Shown here: positions 16,922 through 26,538 of the stretch, in pieces
Position numbering within the stretch: position 1 is the first letter of the stretch
How the letters are laid out: each line of letters begins with the position of its first letter
Notes under the pieces: generated by a model
The model's database searches: none
Told to the model about the DNA's origin: nothing
Seen by the model: only the letters and a program-made list of their open reading frames with translations
Program-made: the position numbers and the translations under genes
Source: Gammaproteobacteria bacterium
Lineage (GTDB): Bacteria > Pseudomonadota > Gammaproteobacteria > GCA-001735895
Assembly: GCA_050118655.1 (NCBI GenBank)
Contig: JASFKL010000001.1
Coordinates: 186-64,185 of the forward strand
Reading direction: 5' to 3'
DNA length: 64,000 bases

Positions 16922-18799
16922 CTATTGCTCCTCCAGAGGCGTCCTGGTGACCTCCGCACGGCTGGTAATCAGATTGACCGTCGATCGGTACTCGGCTGCC
17001 GCTTCGGCCGTTTTAAGCCCTTCCAGGGCCTTCTCGTCGACGTTTGCGTCATTCGACATCACCGCGGACAATTCGACCACCACATATTCCCCTCCGGCCA
17101 GCACGAGGCCATCGTAAACCAGCCCCTGGTCGGGCTTCGGCATACTGAAAGCGAGATTGCGCACCGAGGCGTCGATATCGGCCTGATCGCGGGCGACGAA
17201 ACCGCGGTCCGTGATCTTCGCATTCCATTTGCCGGCCAGCTCTTCCAGCGACTCGCCGTTTTTGAGCGCCGCCAGCGCTTCGCGACCGGTGGTGGTGGCC
17301 AGTTCGCGCATCTTGCTGCGCCTGAGATCCTCGAGCACGAGATCGCGAACTTCCTCCAGAGGCTGTTGCTGCGACGGACGATGCTCGTTGAGGCGGATAA
17401 ATACGATTCGATTTTTATCCAGCTCGATACCCTCGCTATTCAGACCCTTTTGCAGCACCTCGTCGGAAAACGCCTGTTGACGAACCTTCGGCTCGGCGGC
17501 GATACCCTGGCCCGAAAAGCGGCTGAACCAGTCGCTGGTCTGCAATTTCAGCCCGAGTTGGTCGGCCGCCGGTAGCAGCGAATCCGGTTGTTCGTAGGCG
17601 AGATTGGAGACCGTTTCGATCAAATCGTAAATCTGGTTCTCTGCGCGTTGGGTCTTGATCTCGTCCTCGAGTTCCGCCTTGACCTCGTCGAACGGGCGTG
17701 TCTTCCCCCCCTCGATCGAATTCAGTTGGATCAGATGCCAACCGAAACTGGTCTTGACCGGTTCGCTGAGTTCGCCAACCTTCATCGAAAACAGCGCCGA
17801 TTCGAAACTCGGCACCATGTCTCCTTTTTCGATCTCGCCCAGGTTGCCGCCGTCGGCGGCCGATGCCGGATCCTCGGAATATTCCTTCGCCATCTCCGCA
17901 AAGCTTTCTCCATCGACGATCCGTTTACGGATCTTCTCGATTTGCGCGAGCGCCTGTTCGCTGTTCGAATCGTCCGCCTTGATCAGGATATGGCTGGCGG
18001 TTCGGGTCTCGGGCGTGGTGTAGGCAGCGATATTTGCCTCGTAACGGGCGCGAACGTCCTTCTCCGGTACCTCGATCGATTTCTTGACGTTTTCCAGGCT
18101 GAGCTCGATATAGTCGATTTTCACCTCTTCCGGAGTCATGTAGCGCTCCTTCTGGGACTGGTAACGGCTTTCGATTTCCGCATCGTCGATCTCGATACTC
18201 GCCGGGTCGACGCTGTAGCCGAGCGTTCTCAGTTTGCGGGTCTGGTTGCGCAGGCTGGCGAACTGCTTTTGCTCCGCGGGCACCAGAAATGCGGTTGCTT
18301 CCAGTCCCGTCTGAAACTGCTGCCTCGCGCCATTGACTCTCATTTCCTGCTCGAAGCCGAGCGGCGAGTATCCCAGCGAACGGAGCTGGGCCTCGTAAAC
18401 CTGGCTTTCGAATTTACCGTCGCGCTGGAACACGTCCATCGCTCGTATCATGCGGTTCAATTCGGCATCGCCGATTCGGTAGCGTTGCTTCTCGACGTAC
18501 TGGCGCAGCGCGTTTTCCTCGATCATTTGATTGAGAACTTGCTCGCGCAGCATTTGTTCGGTACCGAAGGATGCGGGAATGCTGCCGCCGAACAGGCGGG
18601 ACAGGCGCTGGCGATATCTGCTGTAAGCCTGATCGAGGTCCTGGGTGGTGATTTCCTGGCCGTTGACGGTCGCCGCGGGCGCGGCTTCGCCGCCGCCGAG
18701 ATAGGAATTGACTCCCCACAGGGCGAAGGGGATGCTGATCAGGAAAATAACGCCGTAGGCAATCCAGCCAGTTACTTTTTCTCGAATTGCTTGCAGCAT
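16922..18799 (-). CDS. ppiD: Periplasmic chaperone / peptidyl-prolyl isomerase D
   Basis: N-terminal anchor MLQAIREKVTGWIAYGVIFLISIPFALWG, a parvulin-like middle region (ASHILIK...FGWHLIQL), and the hupB-ppiD synteny. Confidence 0.9.
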   Translation of the reverse strand: MLQAIREKVTGWIAYGVIFLISIPFALWGVNSYLGGGEAAPAATVNGQEITTQDLDQAYSRYRQRLSRLFGGSIPASFGTEQMLREQVLNQMIEENALRQYVEKQRYRIGDAELNRMIRAMDVFQRDGKFESQVYEAQLRSLGYSPLGFEQEMRVNGARQQFQTGLEATAFLVPAEQKQFASLRNQTRKLRTLGYSVDPASIEIDDAEIESRYQSQKERYMTPEEVKIDYIELSLENVKKSIEVPEKDVRARYEANIAAYTTPETRTASHILIKADDSNSEQALAQIEKIRKRIVDGESFAEMAKEYSEDPASAADGGNLGEIEKGDMVPSFESALFSMKVGELSEPVKTSFGWHLIQLNSIEGGKTRPFDEVKAELEDEIKTQRAENQIYDLIETVSNLAYEQPDSLLPAADQLGLKLQTSDWFSRFSGQGIAAEPKVRQQAFSDEVLQKGLNSEGIELDKNRIVFIRLNEHRPSQQQPLEEVRDLVLEDLRRSKMRELATTTGREALAALKNGESLEELAGKWNAKITDRGFVARDQADIDASVRNLAFSMPKPDQGLVYDGLVLAGGEYVVVELSAVMSNDANVDEKALEGLKTAEAAAEYRSTVNLITSRAEVTRTPLEEQ

Positions 18800-18830
18800 T
18801 TAATCTTCGGTCACTTATTCAGGTGCTGCC

Positions 18831-18858
18831 AAATTGAAGCGCTCGAATGAGAGCGCTT
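18831..18858 (-). terminator. Hairpin downstream of tRNA-Asp (weak intrinsic terminator candidate)
   Basis: On the minus strand aagcgctc-tcattc-gagcgctt forms an 8-bp stem followed by caattt. The U-tract is short. Confidence 0.4.
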
Positions 18859-18865
18859 TCAATAT

Positions 18866-18942
18866 TGGCGGAGTGGACGGGACTCGAACCCGCGACCCCC
18901 GGCGTGACAGGCCGGTATTCTAACCAACTGAACTACCACTCC
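18866..18942 (-). tRNA. tRNA-Asp (GTC)
   Basis: The reverse complement GGAGTGGTAGTTCAGTTGGTTAGAATACCGGCCTGTCACGCCGGGGGTCGCGGGTTCGAGTCCCGTCCACTCCGCCA is near-identical to E. coli tRNA-Asp. CCA is encoded. Confidence 0.95.
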
Positions 18943-18950
18943 AGATTAGG

Positions 18951-19026
18951 TGGTGGGTGCTGACGGGATCGAACCGCCGACCCTCGCCTTGTAAGGGCGA
19001 TGCTCTCCCAGCTGAGCTAAGCACCC
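18951..19026 (-). tRNA. tRNA-Val (TAC)
   Basis: The reverse complement is GGGTGCTTAGCTCAGCTGGGAGAGCATCGCCCTTACAAGGCGAGGGTCGGCGGTTCGATCCCGTCAGCACCCACCA, with anticodon loop CTTACAA. Confidence 0.95.
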
Positions 19027-19047
19027 GGTGTCGCTAAAAAAGGGGCG

Positions 19048-19320
19048 CTAGTTTACTGCGTCCTTCAGAGCTTTGCCAGCCTTAAATGCAGGGACTTTCG
19101 AGGCTTTAATCTGGATGGTTTCTCCGGTACGGGGGTTGCGACCCGAACGAGCTTCGCGCTGCCTGACTAAAAAGGTACCAAAGCCGACGATCGTAACCTG
19201 GTCGCCTGATTTCAAAGCTTCCGTCACTGCCGCAATGACACCATCCACTGCACGCGACGCATCGGCTTTGTTCAAATCGGCACCGCTGGCAACAGCATCA
19301 ATCAATTCGGATTTATTCAT
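19048..19320 (-). CDS. hupB: DNA-binding protein HU beta
   Basis: [11 protein letters not shown]...GFGTF..R.R.AR.GRNP.TGE.I.I...[13 protein letters not shown] gives a 90-aa HU. The start was moved to the ATG at 19320. Confidence 0.95.
   Translation of the reverse strand: MNKSELIDAVASGADLNKADASRAVDGVIAAVTEALKSGDQVTIVGFGTFLVRQREARSGRNPRTGETIQIKASKVPAFKAGKALKDAVN
19050..19078 (-). promoter_or_regulatory. Candidate stringent-type promoter for tRNA-Val/Asp embedded in the 3' end of hupB
   Basis: Minus strand reads TGGCAA-17 nt-TAAACT followed by the GC-rich discriminator AGCGCCCC. The -10 overlaps the last hupB codons and stop. Only 21 nt separate the hupB stop from the tRNA-Val 5' end. Confidence 0.3.
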
Positions 19321-19528
19321 TAGATTTTTCCATTTGGTTAGGTTGATATATTTATAGCCCGAAGGGCGGACAGGCAACGTAAACAGATCTGTTTGTTGTG
19401 CTCTCTTCGGCGAGTATTTTACTCGCGACATCCCCCGTCCAGAGCGACGAATTAAACCAACAGCAGCCTTTACGGTCAACCACAAAAGCCCAAAAAGATT
19501 AAATAAGTCGCATTATTTCACTGCGCCG

Positions 19529-21967
19529 CTAGTGCGCCCTGACCCGCGAAGACTTCTTGTCCTTCTCTTTCGGTTTCGGCGTTTCGTCGTCGCTGCCCGA
19601 TGCTTTCGGCAGCGGCGTCGGCTGATGCGCCAACGCCACTTCCAGAACCTGGTCGATCCAGCGCACCGGGATAATTTCCAGCTTGGCCTTGATGTTGTCC
19701 GGAATTTCCGCGAGATCCTTTTCGTTTTCTTCCGGGATCAACACCTTGGTGATACCGCCCCGGTGCGCCGCCAGCAACTTCTCCTTGAGTCCGCCGATCG
19801 GCAGCACTTCGCCACGCAGAGTGATCTCGCCGGTCATCGCAACCTCGGCCTTGACCGGGATACCGGTGAGCGCGGAGACCAGCGCCGTGCACATACCGAC
19901 ACCGGCACTCGGGCCGTCTTTCGGGGTCGCGCCCTCGGGAACGTGGATATGTATATCCTTGTTCTCGTTGAAATCCGGGTTTACACCGAGTATCGAAGCG
20001 CGGCTGCGAACCACGGTCATCGCGGCCTGGATCGATTCCTTCATGACATCGCCCAGCTGACCGGTCTGTACGAATTTTCCCTTGCCGTCGACCACCGCCG
20101 ACTCGATCGTCAGCAGTTCGCCCCCGACCTCGGTCCAGGCGAGGCCCGTGACCTGGCCGACCTGATCTTTCTCGTCGGCCGATCCGAAACGGAAGCGTTT
20201 GACGCCGAGATACTTTTCGATGTTCTTGGCACTGACGGTGACCTTTTTGGTACTCGACTTCAACAGCATCGACTTGACCGCCTTGCGGCAGATTTTGGAA
20301 ATTTCGCGCTCGAGGTTACGCACGCCGGCTTCGCGCGTGTAGCGCTGAATGATTTCGCGCACCGCGTTTTGCTTGATATCGATTTCCTCGGGCTTGAGAC
20401 CGTTTTCCTTGATCTGTTTGGGGATCAGGTACTTGAGGGCGATATTGAGTTTTTCGTCCTCGGTATAGCCGGGAATACGAATGACCTCCATGCGGTCGAG
20501 CAGCGGCCCGGGGATGTTCATGCTATTCGAGGTAGCGACGAACATGGTGTCCGAAAGATCGAATTCGACCTCGAGGTAATGATCGGAAAAGGTGTTGTTT
20601 TGCTCCGGGTCGAGGACCTCGAGCAACGCCGAGGCCGGATCGCCGCGGAAATCCATCGCCATCTTGTCGATCTCGTCGAGCAAAAACAGCGGGTTACGAA
20701 CCTTGACCCGTGCCAGGTTTTGAATGATCTTGCCCGGCATCGAACCGATATAAGTCCTGCGGTGACCGCGGATCTCGGACTCGTCGCGCACGCCGCCGAG
20801 CGACATGCGGGAAAACTTGCGGTTGGTGGCCCTGGCGATGGAGCGGCCGATCGAGGTCTTGCCCACGCCCGGCGGACCGACGAGGCACAAAATCGGGCCC
20901 TTGAGCTTGCGCACACGCTGCTGTACGGCGAGATATTCGAGAATCCGTTCCTTGACCTTTTCGAGACCGTAATGATCTTCTTCGAGCACCTTTTCGGCCT
21001 GCGCGAGATCGCGCCTGATCTTGGACTTTTTCTTCCAGGGCACGCTGACCAGCCAGTCGATATAATTGCGCACCACGGTCGCCTCCGCGGACATCGGCGA
21101 CATCATTTTTAATTTGTTGAGTTCCGAATCGGCCTTTTCCCGGGCTTCCTTGGGCATACCCGATTCTTCGATCTTGTTTTGCAGATCCTCGACCTCGTTG
21201 GGCGCATCGTCCATGTCGCCGAGTTCCTTCTGGATCGCCTTCATCTGCTCGTTGAGATAGTATTCCCGCTGGCTTTTCTCCATTTGCTGCTTGACCCGGC
21301 CGCGGATGCGCTTCTCGATCTGCATCAGGTCGATCTCGCCTTCGATCTTGCTCATGATGTGCTCGATACGCTCGCGCGGATCCTGGATTTCGAGGATCTC
21401 CTGCTTTTCATCGAGTTTCAGCGACATGTGCGCGGCGATGGTATCGGCCAGGCGGCTGGGATCGTCGATCCCCGACAGCGAGGTCAGGATTTCCGGCGGA
21501 ACCTTCTTGTTGAGCTTGACGTACTGGTCGAACAGGTTGAGCACCGAGCGCAGCAGCACCTCGGCCTCGCGATCGTCGACCGCACCGGATTTCTCCAGCA
21601 TATTGATCGCCGCGGAGTAGTATTCGTTGGTTTCCAGCAGGCTGTCGACCACCACGCGCTCACCGCCCTCCACGAGCACCTTGATGGTCCCGTCCGGAAG
21701 CTTGAGCATTTGAAGAATCGTCGACAGGGTACCGATCTGGTACAGGTCTGCCTGGCCGGGATCGTCTACCTCGGCATTTTTCTGCGCCAACAGCAGGATT
21801 TTCTTGTTGTCGGCCATCGCCGCTTCGAGCGCGAGTATCGATTTTTCGCGGCCGACGAACAGCGGGATTACCATGTGCGGGTAAACCACCACATCGCGCA
21901 AGGGCAAAACGGGAATCAATTGCCGTTCCTGCGGTTCGGCGAGAAGATTATTCTGAAAGTCTGACAT
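19529..21967 (-). CDS. lon: ATP-dependent Lon protease
   Basis: Full-length match with Walker [10 protein letters not shown] and catalytic Ser region PKDGPSAGV. Confidence 0.97.
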   Translation of the reverse strand: MSDFQNNLLAEPQERQLIPVLPLRDVVVYPHMVIPLFVGREKSILALEAAMADNKKILLLAQKNAEVDDPGQADLYQIGTLSTILQMLKLPDGTIKVLVEGGERVVVDSLLETNEYYSAAINMLEKSGAVDDREAEVLLRSVLNLFDQYVKLNKKVPPEILTSLSGIDDPSRLADTIAAHMSLKLDEKQEILEIQDPRERIEHIMSKIEGEIDLMQIEKRIRGRVKQQMEKSQREYYLNEQMKAIQKELGDMDDAPNEVEDLQNKIEESGMPKEAREKADSELNKLKMMSPMSAEATVVRNYIDWLVSVPWKKKSKIRRDLAQAEKVLEEDHYGLEKVKERILEYLAVQQRVRKLKGPILCLVGPPGVGKTSIGRSIARATNRKFSRMSLGGVRDESEIRGHRRTYIGSMPGKIIQNLARVKVRNPLFLLDEIDKMAMDFRGDPASALLEVLDPEQNNTFSDHYLEVEFDLSDTMFVATSNSMNIPGPLLDRMEVIRIPGYTEDEKLNIALKYLIPKQIKENGLKPEEIDIKQNAVREIIQRYTREAGVRNLEREISKICRKAVKSMLLKSSTKKVTVSAKNIEKYLGVKRFRFGSADEKDQVGQVTGLAWTEVGGELLTIESAVVDGKGKFVQTGQLGDVMKESIQAAMTVVRSRASILGVNPDFNENKDIHIHVPEGATPKDGPSAGVGMCTALVSALTGIPVKAEVAMTGEITLRGEVLPIGGLKEKLLAAHRGGITKVLIPEENEKDLAEIPDNIKAKLEIIPVRWIDQVLEVALAHQPTPLPKASGSDDETPKPKEKDKKSSRVRAH

Positions 21968-21994
21968 AGATGCCTCGGTACTGGTTGTCGGGAC

Positions 21995-22023
21995 TATATG
22001 GGTGTCGACGGTTCGTTTTCAAC
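21995..22023 (-). promoter_or_regulatory. Candidate sigma32 heat-shock promoter upstream of lon
   Basis: Minus strand reads GTTGAAAACGAACCGTCGACACCCATATAG. This resembles the CTTGAA...CCCCATNT consensus and the E. coli lon promoter as I recall it. Confidence 0.5.
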
Positions 22024-22057
22024 CCGGCTCTCCGCCCCGCGCACGACCAGCTGAGGC

Positions 22058-23332
22058 TTAATCGTCAGAGGCCACCCGTTGCATATCGCCGCCCTCGTAA
22101 ATCACGTAGGGCTGGGCATGGCCTTCGATAACCGCGGCGTCGACGACGACCTTGCTGACGTTTTCCATCGCGGGCAGGTCGTACATGATTTCCAGCAGGG
22201 TATTTTCGAGAATGGTGCGCAATCCGCGGGCGCCGGTCTTGCGTTCCATGGCTTTCCTGGCCACGGCAGCAAGCGAATCGTTGCGAAACTCGATCTCGCA
22301 GCCCTCGATTTCGAACATTTTCTGGTATTGCTTGGTGATCGCGTTCTTGGGCTCGGTCAGGATCTGCACCAGCGCGTTTTCGTCGAGTTCCTCGAGCGTC
22401 GCCACTACCGGCAACCGGCCGACGAATTCCGGGATTAGCCCGTACTTGATCAGATCTTCGGGCTCGACCTTGGCGATTACCTCGCCGAACAGGTCTTTCT
22501 TGTCCTTGCTCTTGAGGTCGGCGCCGAAGCCGATTCCGCCCTTCTCCGAGCGATTCAGTATGACCTTGTCGAGCCCGGCGAAGGCGCCGCCGCAAATAAA
22601 CAGGATCTTGCCGGTGTCGACCTGCAGGAATTCCTGCTGCGGATGCTTTCTGCCGCCTTGCGGGGGAACCGACGCGATCGTGCCCTCGATCAGTTTCAGC
22701 AGCGCCTGCTGCACGCCTTCCCCGGAAACGTCGCGGGTAATCGACGGGTTATCGGATTTTCGCGAAATCTTGTCGATCTCGTCGATATACACGATTCCGG
22801 TCTGCGCCTTGTCGACGTCGTAGTCGCATTTCTGCAGCAATTTCTGAATGATGTTTTCGACGTCTTCGCCGACATAGCCGGCTTCGGTCAGGGTCGTCGC
22901 ATCGGCGATCGCGAACGGTACGTTGAGCAGTCTCGCGAGCGTCTCGGCGAGCAGCGTCTTGCCCGAACCGGTCGGTCCGATCAGCAGGATATTGCTCTTG
23001 GAAAGCTCGATATCGTCCTTGACATGCCCCACTTCGAGGCGTTTGTAGTGGTTGTATACCGCTACCGAAAGCACCTTTTTGGCGCGACTCTGGCCGATAA
23101 CGTATTCGTCGAGGACCTTGTAGATCTCGTGGGGGATCGGCAGCTTGCTCTCGGCGTCCTCGCCGTTTTCGTGGATTTCCTCACGAATGATGTCGTTGCA
23201 GAGGTCGACGCATTCGTCGCAGATAAACACCGAGGGCCCTGCAATCAGCTTTCTGACTTCGTGCTGGCTCTTGCCGCAGAACGAGCAGTAAAGCAGTTTT
23301 TCGTCCTTATTTTTGGATCTCTCGTCACTCAT
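22058..23332 (-). CDS. clpX: ATP-dependent Clp protease ATP-binding subunit ClpX
   Basis: Zinc finger [30 protein letters not shown] and Walker A GPTGSGKT. The ATG at 23332 was preferred; the track start at 23338 is a TTG. Confidence 0.97.
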   Translation of the reverse strand: MSDERSKNKDEKLLYCSFCGKSQHEVRKLIAGPSVFICDECVDLCNDIIREEIHENGEDAESKLPIPHEIYKVLDEYVIGQSRAKKVLSVAVYNHYKRLEVGHVKDDIELSKSNILLIGPTGSGKTLLAETLARLLNVPFAIADATTLTEAGYVGEDVENIIQKLLQKCDYDVDKAQTGIVYIDEIDKISRKSDNPSITRDVSGEGVQQALLKLIEGTIASVPPQGGRKHPQQEFLQVDTGKILFICGGAFAGLDKVILNRSEKGGIGFGADLKSKDKKDLFGEVIAKVEPEDLIKYGLIPEFVGRLPVVATLEELDENALVQILTEPKNAITKQYQKMFEIEGCEIEFRNDSLAAVARKAMERKTGARGLRTILENTLLEIMYDLPAMENVSKVVVDAAVIEGHAQPYVIYEGGDMQRVASDD

Positions 23333-23450
23333 ACACAACTACCGGAATCTTTATGCCCACGCTTTGATAATATTAGACCAAACCGCCAAGCACAACCGAA
23401 AAAACCGCTTTTTGATCAACGATTCACAGTTAAATCGGTAGACCGGGAGC

Positions 23451-24125
23451 TTATTCGTCGTCGGCTTTCTCGACCGGTTCGGTACGCGACGTCAGGACTT
23501 TGTCGATGATACCGTATTCGACCGACTCTTCGGCGCTCATGAAGTTGTCCCTTTCGGTATCGCGCTCGATGACGCTCTCCTTCTTGCCGGTGTGCGCGGC
23601 GAGCAATTTATTGAGCCTCGCGCGTACCGCGAGGATTTCCCTGGCATGGATCTCGAAATCGCTGGCCTGTCCCTGGAATCCGCCCAGCGGCTGGTGGATC
23701 ATGACCCGCGAATGCGGCAGTCCGTAACGCTTGCCGTGGCTGCCGCCGGCCAGCAGGATCGCGCCCATGCTGGCGGCCTGGCCGGTGCAGAGCGTACTGA
23801 CGTCGGGCTTGATGAACTGCATGGTGTCGTAAATCGCCAGTCCCGCGGTCACCGAGCCGCCGGGGCTGTTGATATACAGGGAGATATCCTTGTCGGGATT
23901 TTCCGACTCCAGAAACAGGAGCTGGGCGACGATCAGGTTGGCCATGTGGTCCTCGATCGGGCCGACCACGAAAATCACCCGCTCCTTGAGCAGGCGCGAG
24001 TAAATATCGTAGGCACGCTCGCCGCGAGCGGATTGCTCGACGACCATCGGTACCAGATTGGCCTGTATTTCCGGGTAACCGGACAGGATAGCGCTCAGCT
24101 CTGAACTACTGGGGTAATCTTTCAT
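23451..24125 (-). CDS. clpP: ATP-dependent Clp protease proteolytic subunit
   Basis: [25 protein letters not shown]...GQAASMGA...MIHQP contains the Ser-His-Asp triad context. Confidence 0.95.
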   Translation of the reverse strand: MKDYPSSSELSAILSGYPEIQANLVPMVVEQSARGERAYDIYSRLLKERVIFVVGPIEDHMANLIVAQLLFLESENPDKDISLYINSPGGSVTAGLAIYDTMQFIKPDVSTLCTGQAASMGAILLAGGSHGKRYGLPHSRVMIHQPLGGFQGQASDFEIHAREILAVRARLNKLLAAHTGKKESVIERDTERDNFMSAEESVEYGIIDKVLTSRTEPVEKADDE

Positions 24126-24151
24126 GGGTTAGCTTGCAACTCCTCGGTGAA

Positions 24152-25456
24152 TTAGATGTTACCGTTCATCAAGTCTTCGAAACTCGCCTTTTTCTCGGTA
24201 ACCTTTGCCTTGTCCAGGATGTGGTTGACCACCTGATCTTCAAGCACCATGTTCTCGATACCGGTGCGCGCCTGGCGGTTCTGCCGATAGTATTCCCTGA
24301 CCTGCTCCGGCTGTTCGTAGGCGACCGCCATCTCCTCGATGGCTGCGTCGACAAGCGATTGATCCAGCTCGATTTTTTCCTGCCTGATGACTTCGCCGAC
24401 CAGCAATCCGAGCTGCACCCGGCGGTTTGCCTCGGCGATGAACATGTGGTCGGGCAACTGGTTTTCGTCGACCGTGGCCGGATCCTGCCCCATACGCTGC
24501 GCCGCCTGCTGTCGCAGGGCCTTGATCTCCTCGCCGATCAACGCGGTCGGGGCGATGATTTCATTGTGCTCGAGCAGCCCCTCCATGACCTTGTTCTTGA
24601 GATCCATCTTGAGCCGTTCGTTCTTTTCCTTTTCCATGTTGGCGCGGATGTCGGTGCGCATTTTCTCGAGGTCGCCGTCGGCGATGCCGAAACTCCTGGC
24701 GAATTCCTCGTCGAGTTCGGGCAATTGCGGTTCCGACACGCGGCTAGCCCTGAGGGTGAATTTCGCGGTTTTGCCGGCGACGTCCTTACCGTGATAATCC
24801 TCCGGAAAATTGACCTCGACTTCCCGTTCCTCGCCCGCTTTTATACCTTCCAGGCCTTCCTCGAACTCGGGCAGCATCTGCCCGGCGCCGATTTCCACCG
24901 GCATGTCCTTGCCGCTGCCGCCCTCGAATATCTCGCCGTCGATTCGCCCCTCGAAGTCCACCGTCACCTGGTATCCGGATTTGGCCGCGGCATCGACTTC
25001 TTTCCAGGTCTTGCGCTGCTCGCGCAGCTTTTCGAGCATATCCTCGAAATCCGAATCGGTGATTTCGACCTGCGGTTTCTCGATCTCGATGGCTTCGAGT
25101 TCGAGCTTGTCGATCTCGGGATAGACTTCGAAGGTCGCGGTAAAGGACATGTCTTCCTTTTCTTCGCTGCTGATCGAGTCGATGCTGGGCATGCCCGCCG
25201 GGCGTACCTGCTCCTGGATCAGCGCTTCCTGGTAGCTGGATTCGATGACGTCGCCGATGACTTCCTGGCGCACGTGGCCGCCGAACTTCTGCTGCACCAC
25301 CTTCAGCGGCACCTTGCCCGGCCGGAAACCGTCGATTCGCACCGTCTTGCTCAGGTCCCTGAGCTTCTTTTCGACCGCCTCGGTAACTCGCTCGGACGGG
25401 ATCTGCACCGTCATCCTGCGTTCCAGGCCCTCGAGGGTTTCGATTGATACTTGCAT
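24152..25456 (-). CDS. tig: Trigger factor
   Basis: MQVSIETLEGLERRMTVQIP...GFRPGKVP is a full-length match, and the tig-clpP-clpX-lon order is conserved. Confidence 0.95.
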   Translation of the reverse strand: MQVSIETLEGLERRMTVQIPSERVTEAVEKKLRDLSKTVRIDGFRPGKVPLKVVQQKFGGHVRQEVIGDVIESSYQEALIQEQVRPAGMPSIDSISSEEKEDMSFTATFEVYPEIDKLELEAIEIEKPQVEITDSDFEDMLEKLREQRKTWKEVDAAAKSGYQVTVDFEGRIDGEIFEGGSGKDMPVEIGAGQMLPEFEEGLEGIKAGEEREVEVNFPEDYHGKDVAGKTAKFTLRASRVSEPQLPELDEEFARSFGIADGDLEKMRTDIRANMEKEKNERLKMDLKNKVMEGLLEHNEIIAPTALIGEEIKALRQQAAQRMGQDPATVDENQLPDHMFIAEANRRVQLGLLVGEVIRQEKIELDQSLVDAAIEEMAVAYEQPEQVREYYRQNRQARTGIENMVLEDQVVNHILDKAKVTEKKASFEDLMNGNI

Positions 25457-25571
25457 GTCGGAGACTCGTGAATTTACTGAGAGATATTATCTAGATTAGC
25501 GCCGGTCGAAAGCGGCCGACCGCTTCGTGACGACAGTGTTGCAACACTGGGCGATGTCCAAAGTGGCGCGG

Positions 25572-25600
25572 ATTATACCCACGTCGATGCAGGATGTCAG
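25572..25600 (-). promoter_or_regulatory. Candidate sigma70 promoter for tig
   Basis: Minus strand reads CTGACA-17 nt-TATAAT, about 115 nt upstream of the tig ATG. The leader contains the 16-nt palindrome cagtgttgcaacactg. Confidence 0.5.
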
Positions 25601-25705
25601 CCAATTTTTGCCCCTCCACGGCGACGCCCGCGGCGGCTTTCGGGTACCGATTGAACGCGGCCCCAGGCAATTTATCGAGGCCGGTGCATTTGCATTCGAC
25701 GGGGC

Positions 25706-25792
25706 TGGTGCGAAAGGAGAGACTCGAACTCTCACATCGTAAAGATACCAGAACCTAAATCTGGCGCGTCTACCAATTCCGCCACTTTCGCA
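25706..25792 (-). tRNA. tRNA-Leu (TAG)
   Basis: The reverse complement is TGCGAAAGTGGCGGAATTGGTAGACGCGCCAGATTTAGGTTCTGGTATCTTTACGATGTGAGAGTTCGAGTCTCTCCTTTCGCACCA. It has a long variable arm. Confidence 0.95.
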
Positions 25793-25892
25793 GTCGTTTC
25801 GTGCCTGCCTGATTACCGGACGCCGTGCCGCGCTCCGCGTCGCCGCGCGGAGTCGAAAACTAACGGCGCCTGCATCGCAGGCGCCGTGTGTA

Positions 25893-25969
25893 TGGGGTGG
25901 ACGATGGGGATCGAACCCACGACAACAAGAATCACAATCTTGCACTCTACCAACTGAGCTACGCCCACC
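25893..25969 (-). tRNA. tRNA-His (GTG)
   Basis: The reverse complement is GGTGGGCGTAGCTCAGTTGGTAGAGTGCAAGATTGTGATTCTTGTTGTCGTGGGTTCGATCCCCATCGTCCACCCCA, with the extra 5' G typical of tRNA-His. Confidence 0.95.
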
Positions 25970-25975
25970 ATAATT

Positions 25976-26052
25976 TGGCACGCCCGGCAGGATTCGAACC
26001 TGCTACCCTCGGCTTAGAAGGCCGATGCTCTATCCAAATGAGCTACGGGCGC
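25976..26052 (-). tRNA. tRNA-Arg (TCT)
   Basis: The reverse complement is GCGCCCGTAGCTCATTTGGATAGAGCATCGGCCTTCTAAGCCGAGGGTAGCAGGTTCGAATCCTGCCGGGCGTGCCA. Confidence 0.95.
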
Positions 26053-26055
26053 TTC

Positions 26056-26195
26056 GGATACCTCTCTCACGGCGTATTTTAGCCGATTGCTGCGTTGCCG
26101 CCGTGCTCGGATCCTCATGTATGTCTTTATACACTGCGGTCCTGCGCGCGGCGGCGCCTTGCACTCAACTAAAATACGCCGTGAGAGAGGCATCC
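26056..26195. repeat. Long inverted repeat (perfect 22-bp arms, extendable to about 27 bp) enclosing 86 nt, inside the tRNA-Pro / tRNA-Arg spacer
   Basis: cctctctcacggcgtattttag at 26061..26082 and its exact reverse complement ctaaaatacgccgtgagagagg at 26169..26190. Four further pairs lie outside a single mismatch. Confidence 0.85.
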
Positions 26196-26393
26196 TCCAG
26201 TTCAAATTCCGACCGGTCATCCTAAACCTTTTGTATCCCCGGATTGCCGCCGTAGGGGAGGCAACCTGGATTCGTCTTGCCGGCGATAATTCCATTAATA
26301 TACGCGCCAATCGCGTATTCGGATGCCGGGAACCTGCCGTTTCCTCGAACCCCCGATATCCGGGGTGCAATGATAGCAAATTCCCGACAAAAT

Positions 26394-26470
26394 TGGTCGG
26401 GGTGGAGAGATTCGAACTCCCGACCCACTGCTCCCAAAGCAGTTGCGCTACCAGGCTGCGCTACACCCCG
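26394..26470 (-). tRNA. tRNA-Pro (TGG)
   Basis: The reverse complement is CGGGGTGTAGCGCAGCCTGGTAGCGCAACTGCTTTGGGAGCAGTGGGTCGGGAGTTCGAATCTCTCCACCCCGACCA. Confidence 0.95.
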
Positions 26471-26496
26471 TGTCACCCGCGCGGGCAAGGCGCGGA

Positions 26497-26525
26497 ATCA
26501 TACGCCTAAGCCGACAGGCCGTCAA
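26497..26525 (-). promoter_or_regulatory. Candidate sigma70 promoter of the tRNA Pro-Arg-His-Leu cluster
   Basis: Minus strand reads TTGACG-17 nt-TATGAT followed by the GC-rich discriminator TCCGCGCC. It lies about 26 nt upstream of the tRNA-Pro 5' end. Confidence 0.55.
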
Positions 26526-26538
26526 TTCGACCCGGTCT

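Noticed and set aside
19036-19063. Intrinsic terminator immediately after hupB
   Set aside because: The stem has only 6 bp with an A-C mismatch, and tRNA-Val starts 10 nt after the T-run. The same bases fit a promoter discriminator equally well, so it is not called as a terminator feature.
17588-21112. Long plus-strand ORFs over ppiD (17588..18850) and lon (19532..21112)
   Set aside because: They are antisense shadow ORFs of well-supported minus-strand genes.
24134-25447. 437-aa ORF antisense to trigger factor
   Set aside because: It is the same kind of shadow-ORF artefact. The tig reading frame on the minus strand is unambiguous.
26056-26195. Inverted repeat in the tRNA spacer as an IS element or MITE
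   Set aside because: No transposase ORF is present, and I found no direct target-site duplication. The flanking bases continue the inverted symmetry instead. The feature is kept as an unexplained repeat, not called a mobile element.
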